Virus record (IMG/VR): IMGVR_UViG_3300035208_008180 | Reading direction: 5' to 3' (one strand) | Length of the DNA stretch: 64,000 nt | Source: a virus | Lineage: Duplodnaviria; Caudoviricetes | Shown here: positions 19,921 to 29,270 of the stretch, one piece after another | Layout of the letters: each line of letters starts with the position of its first letter | Numbering within the stretch: position 1 is the first letter of the stretch | Translations under genes and position numbers: made by a program | The notes under the pieces: model-generated | The model's database searches: none | What the model was told of the DNA's origin: nothing | The model's input: only the letters and a program-made list of their open reading frames with translations

Positions 19921-20280
19921 TCATAAAATTAACCATAACAAAAGACCAACCACCTCCACGGCAATTATGCCAACAATCCCCGTATACAGGCCATTTAAAA
20001 AGGCCGAGTGGGAATCCATTCCATCGAGTTGAAAAAATTTATTTTTAGGAACCTCTGGCTCCGATGGACATGAATAACCGGAAGGTGGATATGAATAACC
20101 AGATGCCCCAGAAATCGGTGTTTTCTTTTTTGCCTTGGGCTTAGCTTTTGACTGCGAAAGCTTCGTTGGGAAAAAACCCATTTGTTTGATGAGTGCCAAT
20201 GCTGACTCTTTCGATTCTGCCTCTAATTCGTCCTTGATTTCAGTTCCATTCTGATCCATTCCTTCAAATTTAAAAAGCAT
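19921..20280 (-). CDS. membrane-anchored protein with PilC/GspF N-terminal-like segment
   Basis: FKFEGMDQNGTEIKDELEAESKESALALIKQMGFFPTKL plus C-terminal TM helix. Confidence 0.7.
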   Translation of the reverse strand: MLFKFEGMDQNGTEIKDELEAESKESALALIKQMGFFPTKLSQSKAKPKAKKKTPISGASGYSYPPSGYSCPSEPEVPKNKFFQLDGMDSHSAFLNGLYTGIVGIIAVEVVGLLLWLIL

Positions 20281-20555
20281 TATGATCTCCTAATCAATTC
20301 AATGAGTTTGTCCAAATTCTGATCTCGTATCTTGCGACAAGCATCACAGCCTTTTCCGCCATTACATCTAGGTGGGCGAACACCCTTATATCTTTTTGAA
20401 TTTCCGCAGTCTTCTTTGCTCATATGTCACATATCCGAATCAAGAGGAAAGCCTGTTGCTGGATCAATGTCGTCATAAAACGCAAAATTGTCGTCATCGT
20501 CCAAATCATTATGAAACAATTTATCGAAAATATATTTGAAAATTTTAATCATGTC

Positions 20556-20789
20556 TTAACCATTCATGCCTTCCATAAAATAATCTTTTTCTTCTCTTTG
20601 ATTGTAATAATATACCAATCCAGTTTGGCTGGGAAGCTGCTGCACACCGAAAATATCACTTGCAAGTTGTGTGTAATTTATGCGAGTTTTTTCTCGGGCC
20701 TCCAACATAAATGCCACAATTGCTTGAGTTTTTTCATCCTCTATCTCATCAAGCACACCTTTGGATTTCCATTTTTCTAATATTGTCAT
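20556..20789 (-). CDS. small protein resembling the T4 gp23-type major capsid N-terminal region
   Basis: LEKWKSKGVLD..MLE..LASDIFGVQQLPSQTGLVYY. Confidence 0.55.
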   Translation of the reverse strand: MTILEKWKSKGVLDEIEDEKTQAIVAFMLEAREKTRINYTQLASDIFGVQQLPSQTGLVYYYNQREEKDYFMEGMNG

Positions 20790-21065
20790 GTCTTGTCCTT
20801 GTATAAACATTTTAGCGTTTCCTCTGCCCATCTCCTTGCAATTTCTGGGTCTTGCTGAAATAATCTTTCGGCAGCATTCATAACGGCTGTTTGATACATG
20901 CCGCATGAATTCTTTTTCTCTGGCATTACTGGTTTTTCGTAAGTAAACTCGGCAGCGTAACCAGTGCCATTACCATCCTCTGGAAAAAATGCCAAGGAAA
21001 CGCAATATCCATGACATGCCATAAAATTCAAGATGTGACTTACCGATACCATTATAAACTCCAAG

Positions 21066-21137
21066 AGCCTTGGAAGGGAATCGAACCCTCGTGATCCATC
21101 TTACCAAGATGGTGCATGGCCACTATGCTACCAAGGC
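21066..21137 (-). tRNA. tRNA-Thr(GGT)
   Basis: CCATC-TTGGTAA-GATGG. Confidence 0.9.
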
Positions 21138-21207
21138 ATACCGCTGATTTGTCCAGGCTGGCTCAGCGGAAGCCTTTGCTGGCCCTACTGCCACTGGCAG
21201 AGAGCAG

Positions 21208-21279
21208 GGCTGGGGAAGGGATTCGAACCCTCATTAGCTTCCTTACAGGGGAAGTGCATCCCAATCTAGCCACCCCAGC
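21208..21279 (-). tRNA. tRNA-Thr(TGT), atypical (C33, weak D-stem)
   Basis: CTTCC-CCTGTAA-GGAAG. Confidence 0.75.
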
Positions 21280-21318
21280 ATTTTATCAATTTTTTATTCT
21301 GAAAACAAGACTAATAAG

Positions 21319-21392
21319 CGTCCTTGAGAGGACTCGAACCTCTAATCGTCTCTTTAGGAAAGAGATGCGTTATCCTATTACGCTACAAGGAC
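21319..21392 (-). tRNA. tRNA-Arg(CCT)
   Basis: TCTCT-TTCCTAA-AGAGA. Confidence 0.9.
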
Positions 21393-21396
21393 AAAG

Positions 21397-21452
21397 TAGG
21401 GCGTAGAGGAATTGCACCCCTGTCTGAGGCTTAGAAGACCCCTGCTCTATCG
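21397..21452 (-). pseudogene. 5'-truncated tRNA-Arg(TCT)
   Basis: Anticodon arm, T arm and acceptor 3' strand present; 5' part replaced by end of upstream CDS. Confidence 0.75.
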
Positions 21453-22370
21453 TCTAAAGAATCTTGGTCTTGGAGACACCTCATAATAAACAGGCACATC
21501 AATCGTGTCTGATTCTGTGGGTGTTTCTACTACAGGCGGTGCCAACGTTGGCATGTTAGGTGTAGCTTGCTCCGCAAAACGTAGACGGCGGTTTCGCAAT
21601 CTTCGTCCCAATCTTCTTCCCCGTGTAACTACTGCCTGCTCAACATAAGTCTGTTGCTCAGAAGGCGATACCTGTTCATCACCATACGCCCCAGGCTTTG
21701 GTGCTTTGGTTCCCTTGAAATTCGGCACAAGATTAGGGTCGGGCTTTACAATTACTTCCTTCTGTGGTTTCAAAGTATTGCCCTTGAGATTTGGCACAAG
21801 GGTTGGATCGGGCTTTACAATTACTTCCTTCTGTGGTTTCAAAGTATTGCCCTTGAGATTTGGCACAAGATTAGGGTCGGGCTTTACAATCTTTTCCACT
21901 GTTGGCACTGGTAATGGAAGTTCTGTAGGGGCTTCCTGTGACGGTGCGACCGTTTGGGTTGTGGGTGTTGGGCAATTACCACCAGGACAATTACTTCCAC
22001 TTGCAACCGGGCGACGGCGACTAACAAAACTAACCGGGGCCGTGACTTTAATCTGTTCTTTCTCTGCCATGAGTTGTTTTTGCTTTTCGGCTTCTACAAA
22101 GGCTTCTTTGCAAAAAACAAATACACGGCCAACAGTATTTACCATGCCCTGAATTTCCTGCTCCACTTGTTCTGCCTGCTGAACTGAAACCTTATGGGCT
22201 TCAACTTTGGGCTTAGGGGCTTCAACTTTGGGGGCCTGTCTTGCATCAATTTGAGCAAGAGCAGCTTGTATTGCTAGCTTATCATAGAAGCTCTCACCAG
22301 TACCCAGTTTATCTCCAGCAAACAAAGAGCTTGCTGTTAACATGATCGCAATAAATAAAAAAGTTTTCAT
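21447..22370 (-). CDS. secreted Pro-rich repeat protein
   Basis: Signal peptide MKTFLFIAIMLTASSLFA; 23-aa repeats VKPDPNLVPNLKGNTLKPQKEVI; CPGGNCPTP; RPRFFRR end. Confidence 0.75.
   Translation of the reverse strand: MKTFLFIAIMLTASSLFAGDKLGTGESFYDKLAIQAALAQIDARQAPKVEAPKPKVEAHKVSVQQAEQVEQEIQGMVNTVGRVFVFCKEAFVEAEKQKQLMAEKEQIKVTAPVSFVSRRRPVASGSNCPGGNCPTPTTQTVAPSQEAPTELPLPVPTVEKIVKPDPNLVPNLKGNTLKPQKEVIVKPDPTLVPNLKGNTLKPQKEVIVKPDPNLVPNFKGTKAPKPGAYGDEQVSPSEQQTYVEQAVVTRGRRLGRRLRNRRLRFAEQATPNMPTLAPPVVETPTESDTIDVPVYYEVSPRPRFFRR
21710..21890 (-). repeat. 69-bp coding tandem repeat (about 2.6 copies)
   Basis: Directly visible. Confidence 0.85.
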
Positions 22371-22656
22371 AGGAATGCTCCTTTGCATTATATATGAGTA
22401 ACTATCCCTAAAACTTCTCTTTCTTCCAAAGTGAGCTTCGCTACAGCACTTTGGTAAATTGGAAATTTTTCCAATGGTAATACAGCATAATCAGGGATGT
22501 CAAAGCATTTGTTATGCATCTCATGGGGTAATTTATCAAATTTGACACATATTTTATGATTGTAAGCATCTTCAGAAACAATCTCGCCAGCCCGCCCCAA
22601 CAAAGGAGTGGAACTCATTATGTGCCAAATGTTTTTAATTACAATGACTTTCATAG

Positions 22657-22807
22657 TGGAGCCAATGGGAGATCGAACCCATCATAACCGTAGGTCTACC
22701 TAAAGGAATGTGTCTTGCGACCATCCATCCAGACAAAATGGGTTAGCAATGTCCATTTTAGCGTCTGGGCTTGGTTTTCTCTCGGCATATGCTTCCCTGG
22801 TGGCCCC
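22657..22807 (-). ncRNA. tmRNA-like / expanded Ala-acceptor RNA (151 nt)
   Basis: GGGGCCA/TGGCTCC-A with G3.U70; T-arm ATGGG-TTCGATCT-CCCAT; no D-stem. Confidence 0.65.
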
Positions 22808-22890
22808 GTAGCGGCAACTCCCTTTCGGTGGATGCTCAATGCGATCTCTCGCAAACTCCGACAACACACGAATGCATGTCCGTCCGCCGC

Positions 22891-22919
22891 ATTATATCAT
22901 GAAAAAAAATTTATGTCAA
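22891..22919 (-). promoter_or_regulatory. consensus sigma70 promoter
   Basis: TTGACA-17nt-TATAAT with extended -10 TG. Confidence 0.85.
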
Positions 22920-22951
22920 AGCCATATATAACTTAAAAGGAGAAATTAAAC

Positions 22952-23362
22952 ATGGCACTTCCATTCCCGGTAATTGTATTTCAAACCAACCTTACACCGC
23001 CAACAAGTGAGGCTTTTGGACCAAACTCAACTCTACAGGGCACAAACAGCCCAGACAATATTGTAGACACCCCCAATCAAACATATCTTGATGATCTAAA
23101 AGAACAACGCAAGAATGATCGATCCACCTCTATGCCTTCAGTAGGGAAATATGCTAATTACGCTTGGGGACCGCCTGAGCCAAATAAAGTAAAAAATGGA
23201 GAAATTTTTGTTGTTGCTGGACAAGCTGCTATAAATACAATGAAATTATATTGTAACAAAGCTAAGATTTTAGAAAACCTTCCAGCTTATACTGGAGAAG
23301 GTGCAGCCCCAGGCTTTGATATTTTAACAGTTTTGTATTTCGGTCCCGATCCCGGCATTTAA
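22952..23362 (+). CDS. hypothetical protein
   Basis: AGGAG SD. Confidence 0.75.
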   Translation: MALPFPVIVFQTNLTPPTSEAFGPNSTLQGTNSPDNIVDTPNQTYLDDLKEQRKNDRSTSMPSVGKYANYAWGPPEPNKVKNGEIFVVAGQAAINTMKLYCNKAKILENLPAYTGEGAAPGFDILTVLYFGPDPGI

Positions 23363-24232
23363 AGACATTTTATAATACAATTTCAAATCCAGTTCCAATG
23401 CAACATTGTTTGGAACTGGATTTTCTTTTACCCAGTCAAATAAAACTGCATCGCCTGTCGGAGATATTTGCACAAAAGTATTTGTTTTTCTTGCCCAAGT
23501 ACCACTATTGATGTACCAACCACCAATAAAACCAGGACGATGAGTGTGTCCTGTTACTAAAACATCATAATTATGCGATGCCCAATCTTGGCGATACAAA
23601 CAATGTATTCTTTTAATTCTATTGGGGTTTTGTGCGGGGGTTGTGGAAAATCCAAACCCTCCTAATCGTAGGATGGCTTTTATTTCATTGACAATTCTAA
23701 ACCACCTGCCGAGAAAACCATCAATAATTTTTTCTAAATTATCTTCTACAAAATCACCACTTTTGAATAAAGGTGATTTGTTTCTGTCTTTTGCCATTCC
23801 AGCCAAAATACTAACAATTCTTCCTCGGTATGGTGTGTCACTGGAATTAGATGCATCAACTTCATGCCCATGCATAAACTTAAAGCACTTCTCCCCAAAA
23901 TTTTGCTCAAATGACCCACACATCTTATTGAAAAAAGGATGGGTTAAAAACTCGGTTCCAATAAAATGCTGTAAATCATCGTCATGATTGCCGACAACAT
24001 AAATAGCATCCATTCGTGCCAGTCGATCTAATAATGGCAAATGTTGCATAATAATTTTGCTTGGATTCATTTGCCAAAATTCAAATAAATCACCCAAAAT
24101 TATTAATTTACCATACTGTCTCTCAACATAATCGAGAAACGAATTCAATTGTTGTTCTCTGCCACCAATGGCAAAATTATCTCTCGGTCCCCCGTCTCCT
24201 ATGTGCAAATCACTAATAACAAATGTGTTCAT
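23324..24232 (-). CDS. metallophosphoesterase (LpxH-like)
   Basis: SDLH, LGDLFE, GNHD, HGH, GHTH, NSGTW. Confidence 0.88.
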   Translation of the reverse strand: MNTFVISDLHIGDGGPRDNFAIGGREQQLNSFLDYVERQYGKLIILGDLFEFWQMNPSKIIMQHLPLLDRLARMDAIYVVGNHDDDLQHFIGTEFLTHPFFNKMCGSFEQNFGEKCFKFMHGHEVDASNSSDTPYRGRIVSILAGMAKDRNKSPLFKSGDFVEDNLEKIIDGFLGRWFRIVNEIKAILRLGGFGFSTTPAQNPNRIKRIHCLYRQDWASHNYDVLVTGHTHRPGFIGGWYINSGTWARKTNTFVQISPTGDAVLFDWVKENPVPNNVALELDLKLYYKMSLNAGIGTEIQNC

Positions 24233-24262
24233 ATATTATATGAGTAACAATTAATGCATTAG

Positions 24263-24335
24263 TGGACCACCGGGAAGTTGAATCCCGTCTTCCGCCTTGC
24301 GGGGACAGCGTGCAAACCCGTTACACTTGTGGCCC
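24263..24335 (-). tRNA. tRNA-Ala(CGC)
   Basis: G3.U70; CTGTC-CCCGCAA-GGCGG. Confidence 0.8.
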
Positions 24336-24386
24336 ATGAGCCGCCGAAGTGTGCATGCCTTGCGGCAGAGGCCCGACGACTAACAG

Positions 24387-24457
24387 AGCGGGTAGCGAGA
24401 ATTGAACTCGCCGCTCAACGTTGGGAACGTTGGGTATTACCACTATACGATACCCGC
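24387..24457 (-). tRNA. tRNA-Gly(CCC)
   Basis: CAACG-TTCCCAA-CGTTG. Confidence 0.9.
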
Positions 24458-24928
24458 TTATTATTCCTATATACTAAAAGATACCTTATAAATTTCGGAG
24501 AATCACTATGTAAAAAGGAGCCACTGATGAACATCATTAGAAAACTATTTGGCAAAAAAGAATTGCAACCAAAATGTGAACATGAATGGCATGAATACAA
24601 ACACGATACATCTGGTGAGTTTAAGTGGCGACAATGCTTAAAATGTAAACAACGACAAGTTCTACTCAACGAATGGCTTAATTATGGGAGCTAAACCACC
24701 ATTAATGTCTCTTTTTGATAACTTTTATTTGTAATGTTTTCCTATCCAACGTATTAACAATACGATTGCAGGCCATAGCATTAGACATTCGGCAATTCCA
24801 ATGCCAACAACAGGAATTGTTCTATCTGGATCAGTGCTCAATAGATAAACAGTCCTGGTCAATCCGCAGAGCAAAGCTACCACGAAAGTTACAATAAACA
24901 TTGATTTTAGACTGAATTGCATAATTAG

Positions 24929-25001
24929 TGCGGCTAGCGAGATTCGAACTCGCACTCTCTACCTTGGCAAGGTAGCACTTTAGCCATTAAGTTACAGCCG
25001 C
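24929..25001 (-). tRNA. tRNA-Gly(GCC)
   Basis: CTACC-TTGCCAA-GGTAG. Confidence 0.9.
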
Positions 25002-25250
25002 ATTTAAATCTTCCTGAACAATTTCTACAAACAACTTCCAAGCATCACGAAGTGATATATAACCGGCAGCATTATTGCAATAGTTATATTTGTTAAAAGA
25101 TACAACAACATACTTGGATGGATAATTGCCACCACTATAAATAACCGACAAATTTCCCTCTCTGTCACGATATTTGGCAATAAGCAAATTGTGATCTAAA
25201 TCAGAGAATCTAGTATCGGCATTGAAATTCATTTTTGATTTCTCCAAAAG

Positions 25251-25321
25251 AGTGCCTACGGAGATTCGCACTCCGACACCGAACTCGGCAAGTTCGTATG
25301 CAACTATTACATCATAGGCAC
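25251..25321 (-). tRNA. tRNA-Gly(GCC)
   Basis: CGAAC-TTGCCGA-GTTCG; T-loop TGCGAAT. Confidence 0.85.
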
Positions 25322-25325
25322 AAAG

Positions 25326-25396
25326 TACCCCGTAGAAGAATCGAACTTCTCCTTTCAGTTTCGAAGACTGACGTGCGTCCATCACACTCACAGGGC
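25326..25396 (-). tRNA. tRNA-Arg(TCG)
   Basis: TCAGT-CTTCGAA-ACTGA. Confidence 0.9.
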
Positions 25397-25401
25397 ATAA
25401 G

Positions 25402-25473
25402 TGAGTCGGTGCGGAATCGAACCGCTCTTCAAGCTTCGGAGGCTTGCGTGCTATCCATCACACCCACCTACTC
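25402..25473 (-). tRNA. tRNA-Arg(CCG), apparent 8/4 fold
   Basis: CAAGC-CTCCGAA-GCTTG; GAGTAGGT/ACCGACTC; T-stem GCGG/CCGC. Confidence 0.8.
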
Positions 25474-25726
25474 GAATATCATTTAGTATTTTTTCACCAG
25501 CAAACCGCATATCCTCAACTGTAATAAGCGGATTGCCATGACTGTCTTTCTGTGTTATATGGCCAACGGCCAATTTGTATAGCTCGTCATCAATCATATG
25601 CATATAATCCATGCCAAGCTGCATCGCTTCACAATCAATTACCCATTCATATTGTTGAATAGGCAGTTGAACAGGTGGTGGTATTACCTTCTTTTTAAAC
25701 CATCCCATAATTTACCTTTCAAGTAG

Positions 25727-25798
25727 TATCCCCTGTAGGTAACGCTCCTACTCCTCCAGCTTCGTAGGCTGACGTGCGATCTTTCACACTCAGGGGAC
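25727..25798 (-). tRNA. tRNA-Arg(ACG)
   Basis: TCAGC-CTACGAA-GCTGG; T-loop AGCGTTA. Confidence 0.85.
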
Positions 25799-26677
25799 GA
25801 TTTTTGACCTCACCTTTGTCCAATATCCTCGTGGCGGCTTTGATATCCCATACCACTTACACCATTTATCCACTGCCTTGTCGCTGACTCCCAACTCCTT
25901 CGCTATTACTGTTGTAGGTCTCTGCCACACCCATAACAGCAATTCGTCTTTCGTGGGTCGTTTGACTTTGCGGATACTTTCTATTGGATAATATTTGTTT
26001 TTCTCTCTTTTCGGCTTCACGCTGTCAGCTTTTATTATCTTGAATTTTGCGGCACGAAATGACCTGATACCAGTAGGCTCAACCTGTATTACTCCAATAG
26101 TGTATTTCTCTGTGCTTTCGAACTGCTCAACAAATTCTTTTAATTCCTTTATTATATTTTTGGGAGCAGAACGTAATTCGTCCCAAGAGACCCTAAAAAT
26201 TTTCCACCCTTCCGCCGAAGCTTTAGCATCTCTTTTTTTATCTTTCTCTACAGTGTTCTTATCAGTATGATGCCGCCCATCAATCTCGATATCTATTTTA
26301 AATTCTACAATCGCAAAATCAAATACATATTGATAGAATTGCAATTTTTCAAGAACAATGAATTGAGAAAAATAACTACTTTCATTTAAGGCGTTTAAAA
26401 AAAACTGTTCTGGATACGTTCTATTGTCTTTGTTTAAATTTACCGACAGCCAGCCGGGATGCTTACCCTCTGCATGTACCCTTTTCATTGATGCTGATAT
26501 TTTTGAGGAAGCCGATTTCATTGCAGCAGTTGATGACCTACTTTTCAAACAGCCCTGCTTTACTGCCCTCCGAATTAGTCCATTGTACGTCACGCCGAAA
26601 ACCTTTGCCACATCTGGCCAACTATTCCCCGCATCGTAACATCGCTGCATTAATTCCCAATTATACTGTTTTTTCAT
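25790..26677 (-). CDS. DUF559/Vsr-like free-standing endonuclease with HTH
   Basis: TYPE, DFAI, IEIDGRHH, DKKRD..GWKIFRVSW. Confidence 0.85.
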   Translation of the reverse strand: MKKQYNWELMQRCYDAGNSWPDVAKVFGVTYNGLIRRAVKQGCLKSRSSTAAMKSASSKISASMKRVHAEGKHPGWLSVNLNKDNRTYPEQFFLNALNESSYFSQFIVLEKLQFYQYVFDFAIVEFKIDIEIDGRHHTDKNTVEKDKKRDAKASAEGWKIFRVSWDELRSAPKNIIKELKEFVEQFESTEKYTIGVIQVEPTGIRSFRAAKFKIIKADSVKPKREKNKYYPIESIRKVKRPTKDELLLWVWQRPTTVIAKELGVSDKAVDKWCKWYGISKPPRGYWTKVRSKIVP

Positions 26678-26733
26678 TCGAACCTCCTATATTATATAGT
26701 AAGGTTCGAATGAATTTTTATTTCAAAAGTTAG

Positions 26734-26806
26734 TGGAGGTTGCGGGCTCTGCCCCCGCCACCTTTTGGCTGCCAGCCAAACGCTCTCCTGAATGAGCTAA
26801 ACCCCC
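26734..26806 (-). tRNA. tRNA-Ala(GGC)
   Basis: TTTGG-CTGGCAG-CCAAA; T-loop GGCAGAG. Confidence 0.85.
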
Positions 26807-26871
26807 ATATGGAGCCGGGTGGGCGTGGTTACTCGCCACGGAGTTTCCCATTCCCGGCACATATAAAACAG

Positions 26872-26944
26872 AGCGGCGGAAGAGGCTCGAACTCTCGACC
26901 ATCAGATTGGAAATCTGAGACTCTGCCAACTGAGTTACCGCCGC
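26872..26944 (-). tRNA. tRNA-Gly(TCC)
   Basis: TCAGA-TTTCCAA-TCTGA. Confidence 0.92.
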
Positions 26945-26949
26945 AAAAG

Positions 26950-27200
26950 TACCATTACCAGGGCTTGAACCTGTACTTCTGGCTCCAATTGCAAATGCTT
27001 ATGCCAGCGTGCTACCACGGCTACGATTCCATGTTATTACTAAGTTTGATGATTCTATTATATATTATTTTTTGGACCTGTCCAGCCTTTCTGCTGGCTC
27101 ACGTTTTTTATAGCTTTTGCAATTGTTATCCAAAAACTTTCAAATAGCATTTTCTCCCACTTCACAACACTACTTTCCTTTGCCTTTACACCATAATGGC
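26950..27200 (-). ncRNA. tRNA-like RNA with ~165-nt D-loop insert and 19-nt anticodon loop
   Basis: GCCATTA/TAATGGT-A; D-stem GTGT/GCAC; CTGGC/GCCAG; T-arm CAGG-TTCAAGC-CCTG. Confidence 0.65.
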
Positions 27201-27202
27201 AG

Positions 27203-27275
27203 TACCCCGTGCGGGATTCGAACCCGCAGTTTTCAGCTTGAAGGGCTGACGACATAACCCTTAGTCCAACGGGGC
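27203..27275 (-). tRNA. tRNA-Glu(TTC)
   Basis: TCAGC-CCTTCAA-GCTGA. Confidence 0.88.
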
Positions 27276-27950
27276 ATGTATCTCGGTTCCTAAAGTGCTT
27301 TCTTGACCAATGTGCCTAATCAATGGATATTGGGAAATAAATATTTTAGTTTGTGTCTCAAACAAATATTTACCTAATAACAAGTCATATAAAATAGGAG
27401 TCTCTTTAAATCCGTTTAATATAGTGCTGACTATTTCTTTTATCGGTAGAGTTTTAGGATAATACCGTGCTTGAGTGCCCGCTAAACAAAGCAATGCTTT
27501 ATTGTCTATGATTGTTTGCACTGGCTCTCTCACCAAACCAAAATCTATCTGTAATGGCCCCCGCACCATTGCTCCTGATTGGAAACCACCGAGAGGACAC
27601 CAATGCTCACCAATAGATAAAACATACTTTGAATAAACTCTCTCCACATAAGCAACAAATCTCTTTAAGTCTCTTCTCCAATCATCCCTCAACTCCACAT
27701 CATCCTCTAATATCAATGTATTCTTGCCTTCTGCCAGCATTAAACATCGACAATAGTTTCGCAAAGCACGCTCTTTGGCGTCACCATCATTGGTTGTTTT
27801 AAGCACTTTGGTGAAATTATACTCAGGAAGATAATCTTCCAAAGAATCCATAACCAAAAAAATTGGCAAATCATCTGCCTTTATGGCTCTTAAAGTTTGA
27901 TGAATATATGCCCTATTTGGACAAGTGCTTATAATAATTTGTTCTAACAT
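27261..27950 (-). CDS. putative glycosyltransferase (GT-A, GT25-like)
   Basis: TLILEDDV, IRHIGQEST. Confidence 0.6.
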   Translation of the reverse strand: MLEQIIISTCPNRAYIHQTLRAIKADDLPIFLVMDSLEDYLPEYNFTKVLKTTNDGDAKERALRNYCRCLMLAEGKNTLILEDDVELRDDWRRDLKRFVAYVERVYSKYVLSIGEHWCPLGGFQSGAMVRGPLQIDFGLVREPVQTIIDNKALLCLAGTQARYYPKTLPIKEIVSTILNGFKETPILYDLLLGKYLFETQTKIFISQYPLIRHIGQESTLGTEIHAPLD

Positions 27951-28223
27951 GTGAATTTTCTGTGCTTTTCAATCTCTCGATCAAAACTTCGCAACAATCT
28001 TTTGTTTTCTTCATCAAAACGATGTCGATCTTTTTCTTCTTCTGGCATCGCCTCCCATGCTGCTAAACCAGGGTCAATAAAATTGGCAACATCATCCGAT
28101 TTTAACTTTCTAAATTGCTCACGATCCTCTTCAGGAGCATTCAATACCACTTGCCCCGGTCCTGGTTTTCGATTCCAACAAGTGGGAACCCAAAAATATC
28201 TTGTAAGATATTCTCCAAGTTTT

Positions 28224-28652
28224 TCAAGCGACCGCATACTCATGCTTTTTCTCCCTAACAGGTTTCCCCATTACAGCCACCAATCCTTGCAAACTGGATT
28301 CTGCTTTAATTCTCAGCATTTCCAGTCGTCGCTTTCGTTCCATATACCCAAAAGACTCCAGCGGCAAACTGCCCGATTGCTTTTGCTGTTGCTTCAAATA
28401 AATAATTTTTGTTTCTTCTCTGCTCCGATCATTGTTGCACTTGGAACAAGCTAAAACCCGGCGTGGCTCACCAGAAAACATAAGCCTTCGAGGATGCAAT
28501 CTACTATACAGATGATCGATGGTGGCAGCATCACTGGGCATCGGTCCACCACGGGGCAATTCTACCAATCGCATAAGTTTGCCACACCAAAAACAATGAG
28601 GATTAGCAGCAAACATTTTTCGTCGCTGTCTGCGTAATCGTTCTCCACTCAT
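28224..28652 (-). CDS. HNH endonuclease
   Basis: CFWCG, ATIDHLYSR, VLACSKCNNDR. Confidence 0.85.
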   Translation of the reverse strand: MSGERLRRQRRKMFAANPHCFWCGKLMRLVELPRGGPMPSDAATIDHLYSRLHPRRLMFSGEPRRVLACSKCNNDRSREETKIIYLKQQQKQSGSLPLESFGYMERKRRLEMLRIKAESSLQGLVAVMGKPVREKKHEYAVA

Positions 28653-29270
28653 GTTATCAATTTCAGGGCAAATCCTGCTCCTATAATAAATGCCAAAATA
28701 ATAATAGCCCACATCAAACAACCAGGAACCAAACTGCTGTCCCCAAGGGTTCCGCCTATGTGCTCCACTATAATTATTAAAGTAACCACACCAGCAGTTA
28801 AAAGAATGAATCCTAGAATAACATACAGCAAAGTCACAGAAATCATTTCACTTCTCCAGCTTTCGTACCATCCTGAAAAACAGAATCCTCATCCCCAACC
28901 TGAGCGTGCTCGATTTCAACTGTGATTTTTATTTTTGCATGCTTGCCAGGGGCTGCAAGCGGCAAACTGTGTCCAAATAACCACAATCTCCCCGCTATCT
29001 CATCGTGTGCTATTTGCTGGCATCTTGGGCACACACAACGCATAAAAGGCAATAGCCATTCCGTCGAAGTGTGATAAGTTGTTTTCTCGTCAATGTTCAT
29101 CTGGTTTCTTGCGATCCTTTATGGAATCAAATGGCTTAAATGCATGAATTTTAGTGCCACTCCAAACCAATTGATAAACTAGAGTAATTCCCAAAATCAA
29201 CCCACAACCCACAAGTATATACAATACTGTGCTGATGTACTTCAATGCCTCAGAAAATGCCTGTTGGGAC

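Noticed and set aside
22657-22807. Canonical tmRNA (ssrA)
   Set aside because: Less than half the normal length, with no pseudoknot series or proteolysis tag seen; kept only as tmRNA-like
24278-24526. ORFs overlapping tRNA genes (also 21116, 26723, 26740, 35266, 36126, 37488, 39565)
   Set aside because: Artefacts of GC-rich tRNA sequence
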